Shown here in pieces: positions 10,313 to 20,659 of a DNA stretch of 64,000 nucleotides (positions within the stretch are counted from its first letter, which is position 1; each line of letters starts with the position of its first letter). The DNA lies in the NCBI RefSeq assembly GCF_011386835.1, contig NC_088797.1, positions 32,860,001 through 32,924,000 on the forward strand, given 5' to 3'. The translations under genes and the position numbers were made by a program. This DNA comes from Chrysemys picta bellii (lineage: Eukaryota). The notes beneath the pieces are model-generated. The model saw nothing but the letters and a program-made list of their open reading frames with translations. It searched no databases and was not told the origin of the DNA.

Positions 10313-11155
10313 TGTAACCCCTTTAGGGTTTGGAGAGCATGGCCCCTTTAAATCTTTTTCCTGGGGGGAGGGGAAGAGTAAGAAAAAAAGGAGGGAACCT
10401 CCGGGGGCTGGAGCTCCAAGGAGAGGTGGAGGCAGCCTGCAGGCCCTGGAAAAGTGAAGCAGCAGAGAACCTTCCCGAGGCCTGAGACGGACAGGGTGGA
10501 TCGGGGACAGCCCAGGACAGGAGCCAGGAGGAGCACTGTGCCAGGGAAGAATTGCCCGAGAAGGACAGGCCGGACCCAGTATCACATTCACTGCTGCCTA
10601 GAGCTGCATGGGGCTGTGAGTACTGGGGCTTGTGACTCTGCATTGGGAACAAGGAGGGAGGTTGCTAGCTAGTTAAGTGGGGAGGTGGTCACTCTGTGTG
10701 GCTTTGCAGAGAGCAGCAGAAGAGGGCACTGGAGGGGTTTGTTGGGGAAAGTTCACTGGCGCCGAAGACGACCAGGAGCACCCAAGACTCACCATTGGAC
10801 TGGAACTTTGCTCAGGACTCCTGAACTCTGTGTGCAGACACATTGGTCAGTGTCTGTCCTTCCAGACTGTGCTACCACTGGGCCTGTGGGGCCTTGGTTT
10901 GGATGCAATCCTGTTTTACTCTCCCTTATATTTCCCCTTGTTGTTTTTCTCCTCTCATCCCTCTGTAAATAAATATTTCCCTTGTTGTATCCACTGTACT
11001 TTTCCTGTGGGTGTGTGTGTTCACTCTGCGGGGTTTGGAACAGGTTCCCTGGGGTGGAAGGGATTTCTCCTGCTGCATTCCTGCGCGCGCCTTCTCTTGG
11101 CCAGAGCTGCCTGCAGAGCAGACTCCATCTTGGCCATGAGGGCGCTAAAGTTACA
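10313..11155 (+). mobile_element. 5' LTR (843 bp)
   Basis: TG...CA termini with 6-bp inverted ends, AATAAA at 10968-10973, directly followed by PBS. Confidence 0.8.
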
Positions 11156-11157
11156 CT

Positions 11158-11175
11158 TGGTGGCCCGTATGGGGA
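11158..11175 (+). promoter_or_regulatory. Primer binding site complementary to tRNA-Ile(AAU) 3' end
   Basis: TGGTGGCCCGTATGGGGA versus reverse complement of tRNA-Ile 3' end TGGTGGCCCGTACGGGGA (one CpG-type change); 2 nt after the LTR end. Confidence 0.8.
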
Positions 11176-11288
11176 CTTTGCAGTACACACACACACACAC
11201 ACACACACCTACGTTTTGCACCCTGGGCTCTTCTTCACAGAGCAAAGAAACTCCTGAGTGACTTTCATCTCAGTTTAAAAAAAAAAAA

Positions 11289-12665
11289 ATGGAGAGAGGA
11301 TTACTAGAAGACCTGTGCCGAGGGGTACGAATCCCAGTAACCAAAGCTGTGCTGGTGGCGGGATTCCCAGAAGAGATGGAACCAAATGAAATTGAGGAGA
11401 GCCTAGATGCAGCTGAAATATTGGGGAGGGTAAAGGTCCACACCCATATTTACAACCGCAAAGTGAAGAGCATGGTAGCACTATGTACTCACTCCAAGGA
11501 AGCAGATCTTGATAAAGTGCCCAAAGAGATGCAAGTAGAAGGTATTCCCTGGACAATTCTGGGGGCAGAGCAGTCCCCTCCTAGTGTGCCTGTGTCACTT
11601 GAGGTGGATTCTTTAGCGCAGAAATTGCAAGCTCTGATGGTGGGTGAGAAGCGGACAAGAGAATAATTAATTTTGGCATTAGGAGGGGCTCCAACACCTG
11701 CAGCACCCAGCCTGGTGGGATGGGCCAAAGAGCTGGGAAACGCTCTCAAAAATGCATTGAAGCCGGTATATGAAAGTGCTCCATACGAGCGGTTACGTTC
11801 ATTCTCGGGGGTGTCACCTGTACCCCCAGGAGAGGAGGATTACGAGATCTGGAGGGATTTTACAGTGCCACTTGTCCAAGAGTGGGAATGCTCTGATGCT
11901 GAGAAGCGGAAACGTGTGCTTGAGAGTCTGAGGGGACCTGCCATGTGAATTATCTGAGCCCTGAAAGACTCACAACCAGCTGCCACAGTGCAAGACTATT
12001 TAACCGCTCTTGAGAATGTCTACAGTACTACTGATAGCAGTGAAGACCTGTATTATCGTTTCTGCCATACCTATCAGGAGCCCCACGAACGATTGTTGGA
12101 TTTCATCAGGAGACTAGAGGATTTGCTACAGCAGGTAGTGCGGAAGGAGGGCATCCCCACCAAGCGCATTGATTCTGCTAGGTTGGACCAAATCCTTTGG
12201 GGCACCCGACAAGATAGGTTGATGTGGCGCCTGCAGCTGAGGGAGCGGGCCCAAAACCCACTCCCATTCCACAAGCTCATTCGAGAGATACGTGAAGAGG
12301 AGGAGCGATTGTTGCAAGTGGATGCAATGGTGCAGCCGAAGATGGCAGGGAGTCGCACCACCACAGTGCTTGGAGAGATGGAAGATGCCCCGTCAGTGGC
12401 AGCAGCACTGAGAGATTTGACCCGAGAAGTGGTCATGATGAAGGCTCAGGGACATACTGTGCCATCCTCAAGAGGGGAGAGTAGCAGGAAGGGTGATAGC
12501 CAGCAAGAAGGTTTCTGTTATAACTGTGGAAGAGATGGTCACTGTGCCTTGGACTGCCAAAACAAGACAGATCATGCAAGGGTATCTCAGAGATTGCAGC
12601 AGACCATTAGGAAGCTTCAGGGAAACACCAACAGGGCTTGGGGAAGGAGCAACGCAAGACCCTGA
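11289..12665 (+). pseudogene. PNMA/Ma-like retrotransposon gag (N-terminal PNMA domain, capsid, CX2CX4HX4C knuckle) with 3 in-frame stops and no frameshifts
   Basis: ORFs 11289-11666, 11673-11948 and 11988-12665 share one frame. Stops are TAA 11664, TGA 11946 and TGA 11955. Motifs LRSFSG..PGEEDYEIW, EKRKRVLESLRGPA and CYNCGRDGHCALDC are typical of PNMA/Gypsy gag. Confidence 0.88.
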
Positions 12666-12680
12666 AATTCCAAGGCTCCC
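12620..12680 (+). promoter_or_regulatory. -1 ribosomal frameshift signal (G GGA AAC + predicted H-type pseudoknot)
   Basis: Slippery heptamer in the gag frame at 12620-26, then a 5-nt spacer. Stem 1 is CAGGGCTTG/CAAG(A)CCCTG; stem 2 is GGAGC/GCTCC. Confidence 0.65.
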
Positions 12681-12995
12681 CAGAAAAAAACACAAACAGG
12701 GGTTACATGTGCATTTCCAAGTAAGGGCTGAGACAGACGTTGCAGCCCATGTACATTGCTGTACAGCTATCTCCCCCTAGTGGGAGAGCCAGGCACTGCA
12801 GCCCATATACATTGCACTGTGTGTATGTCTCCCCCTCGGGGCAGAGCCAGGCATTGTAGTCCAGGCACATTGCAGTGTGTGTCTCCCCCTAGGTGTAACT
12901 CTAGGTAATGCAGCACTGTGCATTGCAGTCTTGGCGTCTTCCCAAAGAGGCAACTCTGAGGATTGTAATCCAAATGCAGCAACCAACGTATCCCC

Positions 12996-13001
12996 AATAA
13001 A
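12996..13001 (+). terminator. Candidate ancestral poly(A) signal of the COQ8-like gene
   Basis: AATAAA followed ~20 nt later by a GT-rich tract, located after the right half of the tandem array. Confidence 0.45.
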
Positions 13002-15543
13002 AAGAATGAAATGCTGAACTGGTGTGTGTGTGTGTGGCAAAGCCTTTGGTGGGGTGGGGCAATGAATGGGACTTTACAGTGGTGTCAAGAAAAGCTCCTG
13101 CCCATCAGCCCAGTGTGAGTGGCTCCCTGAACTGGTTAAAGGCATGTCTCCCCCTGCGAAATGGGGAGGGGAAATTAGACCTGTGGATTCAAGGATGCGC
13201 TTTGGCTATTACAGGGCCTTTTCTGATAGCCAAGTCTGGGAGATGCAGGTCGGTCAGGCTTTTCTACTCTGCTACCAATTGCTGCATGGGCTGAGCTATA
13301 GATGGAGTGACCCCTGCTGGCCAAAGATGAATAGCAGAAGGGAGTAAATTCCAAGCATAGGGGAGAGGAATCAGACTTGTGCCCCAAAGGTGGGCAGTGG
13401 ATCTATCCTGAGGGCAAGATGGGTTAGGCCTCAGCAGTTGTCAAACTGTGGGTTGGGACCCCAAAGAGGGTTGCAATCCCATTTTAATAGGGTCACCAGG
13501 GCCTGGCCAGCATTAGACTTGCTGGGGACATGGAGCTGAAGCCTGAGCTCTACCCGCACCCAGAGTTGTGGGGCTCTGTCTCCGCCCCCTCCCCCAGGGT
13601 CATGTAGTAATTTTGTTGCCAGAACCGCTGGGCTAGGGTATGGAGCTGAGGGGCTATGTCTGTATGTTGCGCTACTTGCAGTTAGCCTGTGGGGGGAGAG
13701 TGTCTCAGCCCCTTCCATTCATGCACCTTTGTTCCGGGTGGCAGGAGAAGGGGATGGAGCACTGGGGTACAAGGAATAAACTCCCAATCCCTCCCCTCAG
13801 CCACATGGGGAAGATCAAGGACAGGGCTCCAAGGGGGAGAAGGTTAAGAAGCTGCACTTCTGCCAACTGACCACTAAGTGGCGCCCTCATCCCTCGGGCT
13901 GATTCGCCCAGTGCTGAGATGCCACCGCCTTTGGGATGGAGTACAGGGGCTGTTTATACCAGGACCTCTCCCTGGCCCTGGGGCTGAGATGCGGCCACCT
14001 CTGGGATGGGGTGGGGAATTGTTTAACAATGCTGCCCAATAGCTTAGTGCAGAAGAATCCTGTATCTCACTGAAATGGCAGGGGGCATTTAGGGAGGGAG
14101 CATGGAGTGTCCCTGAATTAGCATTTGCTTTGGACACATGACATACAAGATCATTGATGATAAGAGGTGGCCAGGAGCTGAATTTCACTTTGAGGCAGGG
14201 CCCTGGAGGGTTAAAGGACTGTATAGCTCCCACTACAGCCAAGGGCTCTGATCCCCAGGGCTCTGGCTGTGAGGGTCTCCTCTTTCTAGGGAGGCATTGG
14301 GAAGAAACCCTTTGTCTAGCAGAGATACCCCTCTCTTAGGCCAAGCTGCGCCCACTCCAGCGACCTGCATTTAAGAGCAAAGTGCTGAGCGACGAATGTG
14401 ACTGACCATTTGGAAAGGAGGACACATGGAAAGCCAGCGCATCTATACATCCATACATCCATTGCTGTCCACTTCCCTCTCCACCCATCCCCCCACTCAT
14501 CTACCTATCGGTCTGTATCCACACCAGCTGGCCAGACACATACCCTACAGCCAGCCATTTCCGCCCTCCCCTCTCTCTCTCTCTGACTGGGACAAGGTTC
14601 TTTCCAACATGCCCTGACTCTCAGTGCAGGGCTGAGGTTTGTGGCATAGGCCGGGATTCCTGGAAACTGATTCCCTTTGGGATGGGCTCATCACGCACTT
14701 CCCCCGCCCTGCCCCATTGTATCTCCAGGAAGTGGGGAGCTCACATGCACACACACACGCACACACCCTCCACGCTGCCCTTGGCCCTGACACGCCACCC
14801 AAACCGAAAGTTCTCTCCCCAGCGCCCCTGGGACCCGCCCTGCAGGCCAGGGAACTGCCTGGCTGCTTTCTGGAGATAAGGTGGGGGAAGGATTCACAGC
14901 CTGGGCCTCCCCACTATCTGGGGCACATTCCAGAGACATGGGGTGGGGGACCCAACCTCCCCTGCGTAGGGTCAGAGCTGCAGGTGCCAGGGCAGGGGAG
15001 CCAAAAGTCAGTATCTGTGTAGTGCCCACTGCAGGCTGGTGTACAGCAGGGGTGTGTGAGCCCTTCTAGGGGGAGTAGGTTTGCACGCAGCCTGGGCTTG
15101 GGGAGGGGCTTTTCAATCATGATTCTGGGTGGTGGGATTTGGGTCCAGATGTTATTCTCAGAATGACTCCCAGCTCCCACCCACCTGTCCAAATCACTAG
15201 ACCCCACTCCCTTCCCAGAGCTGGGGATAAAACCCAGGAGTCCTAGTTCCTTCTGGGGTGTGTCCCTTCCCCCCTCACCACTCCCGGCACAGGAGTGTTT
15301 ATCTTTAACCTTTGCCAAGCACTATCTCCGAGCTTAATTGCCCCTCTAAGCATGGGTGGGGGAGGGAGCAGAGCTTGCTTCCTTTGCCCGGGTCTCTGAC
15401 CCACCCCCCAGATAAGAGGGTTGATGGGAATGGGGATATAACGAGTAATCCTGGAGTTTTACAGGGGTCAAAGCCAATGCAGGAGTGGGGCTGGGTGGGT
15501 TAGAGCTGGGGGCGCTGGGAGCCAGGACTCCTGGGCTCTATCC

Positions 15544-15769
15544 TGGTGGTTCTCAAACTTTTGTCCTGGTGACCACTTTCACACAGCAAGTCTCTGAGTG
15601 CGACCCCCCCCCCCTTATAAATTAAAACCACTTTTTTTATATATTTAACACCATTATAAATGCTGGCGGCAAAGTGGGGTTTGGGATGGAGGCTGACAGC
15701 TCGTGACCCCCCCATGTAATAACCTCGTGACCCCCTGAGGGGTCCTGACCCCCAGTTTGAGAACCCCTG
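15544..15769. mobile_element. hAT MITE
   Basis: TIR ..GTGGTTCTCAAACT / AGTTTGAGAACCCCTG; TSD CTCTATCC. Confidence 0.8.
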
Positions 15770-16029
15770 CTCTATCCCCAGCTCTGGGAGGGAAGGGGGG
15801 ATCTAGTAGGTGAAAGTGAGGGGGGCTGGCAGTCAGGTCACCTGGGTTCTCACCCCAGCTCTGAGAGGGGAGTGGGAACTGGAGGGGGATTGGCTGGGAG
15901 TCAGGTCACCTGGGTTCTCGCACCAGCTCTGAGAGGGGAGTGGGGCCTGGGGTTAGAACCAAGAGGTCACGGACTGAGCTAATCTATTGACATTTAGCCC
16001 CCAGACGGGGTCCTTCCAGGGCAGGCCAA

Positions 16030-16215
16030 ATTTGGCCTTTGACTCCTCCAGGGGGGGCTGTTGGGGCAGCCCCTCCTTGCTGTGTGGGAGGAGGGCTGGG
16101 TTGTGGCTGGCTGTACTTTGAATCCCGAGGTGCTTATCAAATATTTACAGCCAGACTAATCATTAACCTACTGGTGCTTTATGGGCCTGGCCTCTTGGTG
16201 AAAAGATAGCCCAGC
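16030..16215 (+). promoter_or_regulatory. Putative promoter of the miR-194-2/192 host transcript (HNF4 DR1, GATA, FOXA, HNF1, CDX-like sites)
   Basis: TGGCCTTTGACTC 16033-45 (DR1), TGTACTTTGA 16112-21, CTTATC 16133-38, TATTTAC 16142-48, ACTAATCATTAAC 16155-67 (reverse GTTAATGATTAGT, HNF1), TTTATGG 16178-84. An HNF1 site just upstream of the human pri-miR-194-2 start is reported (recalled). Confidence 0.55.
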
Positions 16216-16229
16216 CCCGCCTGGCCCAT

Positions 16230-16417
16230 CAGTCCCTCCAGCCCTGGCATGGTACGGGCTGGCGGGAGCACAGCGAAGGGGAGACAGACAGACAGACTGA
16301 CCCTAGGGAAATGCCGAGGTAAGACCCTTTCCCAGGTTTTTTTTTTTTCAATCCACCTGGTACCCTCCTCCATTTCTCTGAACCCAGCATTGATCTTTTA
16401 ACCCCTTTGTCTCCAGA
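16230..16417 (+). ncRNA. Putative host-transcript exon 1 (~16230-16318) and 98-nt intron (16319-16416)
   Basis: Donor GAG|GTAAGA, branch-like TTTTAAC, pyrimidine tract ccctttgtctccAG. The start site is inferred only. Confidence 0.45.
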
Positions 16418-17019
16418 CAGGCTGATGTGCCTGCAGGGCAGGAGTCTCACCTGCCATGTCTTTTCCCCAACCCCCTTGGAGGGACTCAGGGGCCATCTCC
16501 GTGGCACCCTGGAAGGTGTCCCTGAATGCTTTACCTGGCAGGGAGATGCAGGCACCTATGGGCTGGGGCGCAAGGTCTGTTTACTACAGGGGGCCCCTTA
16601 CTCAGCAGTGAGATGCACCTGCCTCTGCGGAGTGTGCGGGGGCTGCTCATACAAGGATCCCTTGCCTGGCGCTGAGATGCAGCCACCTCTAGGGTGGCGT
16701 ACAGCTGCTGTTTAACAGCACACAGCAACACACAACAGTTTGGGACGGGCAGCGAAGGGGAATCTGGTCTCTCATTGACATGGCATAGGGGATAGAGGAA
16801 GGCCGGATGGAATCAGCCCAGCTGGGATGTGTCCATCACGAAGTCCTAGTGCAAAGTAGCTTGGGATCTCAACAAGCTGCACAGGCTTCGGACCGCTTGG
16901 CCTTGTGATGTCATTGCAACCCCCCAGTGGCACAGCAATAGGGAGGGACAGAGCCCCAAGCTGGAGTCAGGACTCTCCTAGGTGTCTGAACAGGAAGTAG
17001 ATATGGCTTTTCAGTCTGC

Positions 17020-17250
17020 CATTCTGGGAGTCAGGACTCCTGGGTTCTGTCCCTGAATTTGAGAGAAGAGGGGTCAAGGGGCTGTTGGGCATCAAGACTC
17101 CTTGGTTCTAGCCCTAGCTCTGGGAGGGGAGTGGGGTCTTGTGGTCAGAGCAGGCAGGCTGGGAGTCAGGACTCCTGGGCTCTATCCCAGCCCTGGGAGG
17201 GGAATCTGAGGGGAACGGCAGGGGGGGGCTGTTGAATGTCAGGAATCCTG
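17020..17250. repeat. MIR-like/turtle 'gggagtcaggactcctgggttct' repeat; further copies near 30-120, 1990-2110, 2320-2400, 15490-15960, 22215-22380, 23800-23880, 40790-40900, 63500-63620
   Basis: Recurring core ggagtcaggactcctgggttctattcccagctctggga..ggagtggggtctagtggttagagc. Confidence 0.7.
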
Positions 17251-19269
17251 AGATTTGCTGCCCCCTCTCTGCTGCCCCCATGTGAATTAATTTGTCTTAT
17301 CAGAATCTCTGTGTTTCTTCCTCTATTTCCCTACCCAGCCTGGCCCATGTTCCTGTGTGCCCCTGTGTCCCCTCCCTGGCGCTGGGTCCTGTCCCGACCA
17401 TCGCCCAAGGGTGTGGGATCCAGGCACAGTTTATGAAGGAGAAAGGTCTGGTTTATTTCTTTGCTCCTTTCCACACTTCTGGCCCGGGAGTTATTGGTTC
17501 ATGGGGAACAAGGCTAAACCACCCACCCACTGGGAACTCCTCCCTAGAGATTAACTGGGTATGGAAGCCCCCCACACCACTCCCTACAGCACAGCGCCCC
17601 CTAGTGCCGCACTGGGGCACTGGCTGTGTGGGAAAGTGCCCCCACCCTGCTCCCTGCAGCACCAGGAACTTTTTCTATCTTGCTCCCTGCTGAGATCCAG
17701 TTAGGTCATTTGGGGTCTGGTGCAATTAATAAAATCCTTAAATCTTTTTCAGAGTCCCTCCCCCCCTGTACATTTCCTTGAAACCCTGGACCTTTAGGCA
17801 TCCAGCCCACAATCTGTCAGAGATCTTGGGTCCCACTGGATCAGAGTCCTTTTATTATGGCTCCTTATCAAGGAGTTGCCTTTAACAGCACTTGGCACCC
17901 CAGATGCCAAGGGGCGAAGTTCAGCTCCCGGCCTGGGTGCTGCAGGCAGTGCAGATCATAAAGCAAGCAGGCTTCATTGCTTTATTGCCCCACATGCCTT
18001 ATCGCCCCAGCTTCCTTATTGCCGGGGAGCTGGGCTAACGATCCCATGGATGGTGAACTTGTGACTCTGTGCCAGTTTCCGGGTGGCTCAGTGGGGAGAT
18101 CTCTCCTCTCCCTGCCAATGCCCCAGTGCAGCACTAGGGGGCTCTTTGCGGCAGTGAACAGGGTGGGGGGCTCAGAGGGAGCGCTCTCCCCTTGCAGCCA
18201 GTGCTGCCCTCAATGTCCCAATGCCATACTAGGGGTGGCTGTGCTGCAGTGAATGGGTTGGAGGGCCATTAGGGGGCACTCTCCCCTCACAGTCAGTGCT
18301 GATTTAACACAGTCTGGGCACATTGTAATTTGGGTAACTCCATTCTGCATCCTTTATTCATTTTTCAGCAAATCTACTTCTCTTCCTGTCCTAAATGTTT
18401 GTGCAGCTGCATCTCAGCGCCGGGTGAGGGATCCCAGTGTAATCAGCCTTTGCATCCCACTGCAGACAGCTACATCTCAGCACCGTACAAGGGCTCCCTG
18501 AATAAACAATTTCCATTTAGCTGGTGTTACAACTTCCAGATTTCTGACCAGAAGTTTGAAACCACCAAAGAAAAGACTGTCCTACTGTGAACCAGTCCCT
18601 GGGTTTGTATTGAGTCCAGTGCTTGCTGGGACAGGATTCTGGAGTACTGTGTAGGTACATATGTAGTGCAGACATGATCAAGGCTTGTGGCTGTGTATCT
18701 CACTAGCAAGTCACAATGTCTTGATTTAATTTACTCCTAGTAATTTAGCCCAGAGATGGCTGCATCTCAGTGCTGAGGAGCACGCTCTGGTATGCTTTGG
18801 GATGCCCTAGAAATATTAGTATGATTTATTATTAGGCTAATATCAGAAGGAGGGAGAAACAACTCAGGAAAGGAGAAAAGACAAAGCCGTATCTGCTCCT
18901 GTGTTTGTATGGCACCTCGCATGTCAGGGGCAATTCCTGGCTGGTCCCAAAGCACTTCCATGATAAACATGAAGATAAATCAATAAATAATGCTCATAAT
19001 TGGTACTGGTTTCCTTATTCCTTCAGGTGCCCAATTCAGGATCCCCTGTCCCTGGCAGGTGACTATCTCCATCCCCACCTGAGTCTGGCACACAGCTATC
19101 ACCTCCTGCCAGCGATGGACTTGTCAAGCATCACCTGGAGAAATGCTTCCCCTCGAACTCGGATCCCGGAGTGCAGGAAGCCCCCATTGCACATGATCCC
19201 CTGGGGCTGGAAGTGACAGACCCTGCAACACACACCGCCTAGTGGGAGACTGCCCCCTGCTGGAAGGTG

Positions 19270-19352
19270 ATGCCTATTGGATGTAACAGCAACTCCATGT
19301 GGAAGGTTTCATCCCTTTTCCAGTGGGGCTGCTGTTATTTTTGATAGGCTGT
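19270..19352 (+). ncRNA. MIR194-2: pre-miR-194 (mir-194-2 type); mature 5p 19282-19303
   Basis: Exact TGTAACAGCAACTCCATGTGGA. 3' arm CCAGTGGGGCTGCTGTTAT is of the 194-2 type. Basal stem gcctattgga/tttgataggc. Confidence 0.95.
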
Positions 19353-19471
19353 CAGGAGCGTCGCATGGAGCAGGGGGCAGGAGGGGGGAACTTCAGCTAG
19401 AGAGTGCTTGTGGGGGGGGTAGGAGATGCTGGGTCAAGCCCCACCCCCACCCCCAGAGGATGTATACCAGC

Positions 19472-19918
19472 TAGAGCCTCTAGGTATTACTGTAATACTC
19501 AGAATAATGCACACACCATAATGGGGATCCTGAGCTCAGTTGGGGCCTCTGGGTGCTACCATAATACTATTAATAATGCACACATAATAGAGCCCCAATC
19601 TCAATCAGGGCCTCTAGATGCTACCATTCTACCACTAATAATGTACACTCCAGAAGAACCCTGATGTGGGTTAGGACCTCCTGCTGTTACCGTAATACTG
19701 CTAATAATGTGCACCTCACAATGGCATTGGGCCCTCTAGATACAACTTTTATACTACTACTAATGTGCACCCCCTAATGGGGCCCCGATCGCAGTTGGGG
19801 CCTCTAGGAGCTACCATAATATTACTAATAGTGGGCATGACATAATTTTGTTCCCCCTCCAAATGGTACTGTAATACTGCTAATAATGCACAAGCTTTAA
19901 TGAGGCCCAATCTCAGTT
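19472..19918. repeat. ~58-60 nt tandem array (~7 copies) between the two miRNA hairpins
   Basis: Recurring gggcctctagg.gctaccataatactactaataatgcacac...gccccaatctcagtt. Confidence 0.8.
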
Positions 19919-20159
19919 ATACACTTAACACCGGCTGACAACAGCCAGTCCCATGCTGGGAGTCAAGTTGGAGATTCAGAGGGCTCTGGCCAGCTCTCCT
20001 TTGTGTGTTGTTCTAGCCAGTGGGGCGGTGGGTGAGCAAAGACAGGAGGGGGGCTAGGGAGCGGGTTTCCCACCTGCAGCAGGGCTGGAAGGCGGCTCTG
20101 GGACACAGTGGCTTTAAGACCGGATGGGGGAAGGGCAGATAGGGAGCAGCCCCCCAAGA

Positions 20160-20250
20160 CCCAGTGCACAGGACTATGACCTATGAATTGACAGCCAGTC
20201 CTTCTGCCGCGCCCTGGCTGTCAGTTCTGTAGGGCACAGGTATGTTCACC
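20160..20250 (+). ncRNA. MIR192: pre-miR-192; mature 5p 20176-20196 (ATGACCTATGAATTGACAGCC)
   Basis: Mature sequence of the miR-192/215 family. Flanks agtgcacagg and cacaggtatgttc match the recalled human mir-192 hairpin. Complementary arm ctggctgtcagttctgtagg. Lies downstream of mir-194. Confidence 0.93.
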
Positions 20251-20659
20251 TCCATGACCTCGGCATGGCGACGGGCGGGTGTGCCAGGATGCGAGGGGTT
20301 ACGTGAGGCTGGGGTGGGAAGGATGGGGGATGATGGGGTGGACGGAGAAGACCTGAGGAGGGGAAATAAACTGGATTCCCAGCAAAGACGTGTGAGGCTC
20401 CTTATTGGCTCTACAATCGGTTGCGGAGGCTGGCAGGAGCTTTTCACCAGCATCTTCCGGGCACCACAAGGTTAATGGTATAGCAGGAGTCCCTGATACC
20501 AGACCCCTACCTCATTAGCTGCACACTCTGGGGGATGGGGAGCGGGCGCCAAGCTCTGAGCCCCTGGGGGAGCTCATATTGGAACATAAGCATCAACACC
20601 CATCCCAGGACCACAGCTACCTGCCCCAGCCTGGAACCCCTCCATCCTGAGGGCTGGTG

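Larger units (their letters stand above)
10313..12707 (+). mobile_element. Truncated Gypsy/Ty3 LTR retrotransposon of PNMA-progenitor type: 5' LTR + PBS + gag; pol and 3' LTR missing
   Basis: LTR TGTAAC...GTTACA, PBS, gag with CCHC knuckle, end at GTTACA 12707, flanked by TGTG/TGTG (10309-12, 12708-11). Confidence 0.85.

Noticed and set aside
11289-12665. Functional domesticated PNMA gene
   Set aside because: Three in-frame stops, and it retains LTR, PBS and TSD; it behaves as a TE remnant in this assembly.
16000-19260. p53 response element for the miR-192 cluster
   Set aside because: Only isolated half-site-like words were seen, with no convincing paired RRRCWWGYYY.
19472-19918. Regularly spaced repeats resembling a CRISPR array (also 20660-21115 and 10090-10312)
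   Set aside because: Eukaryotic DNA, degenerate tandem units without unique spacers, and no cas genes.
20176-20196. Calling the hairpin miR-215
   Set aside because: The 3' end GCC, the hairpin flanks, the 194-2-type partner and EHD1 synteny all point to miR-192 despite the 5' A.
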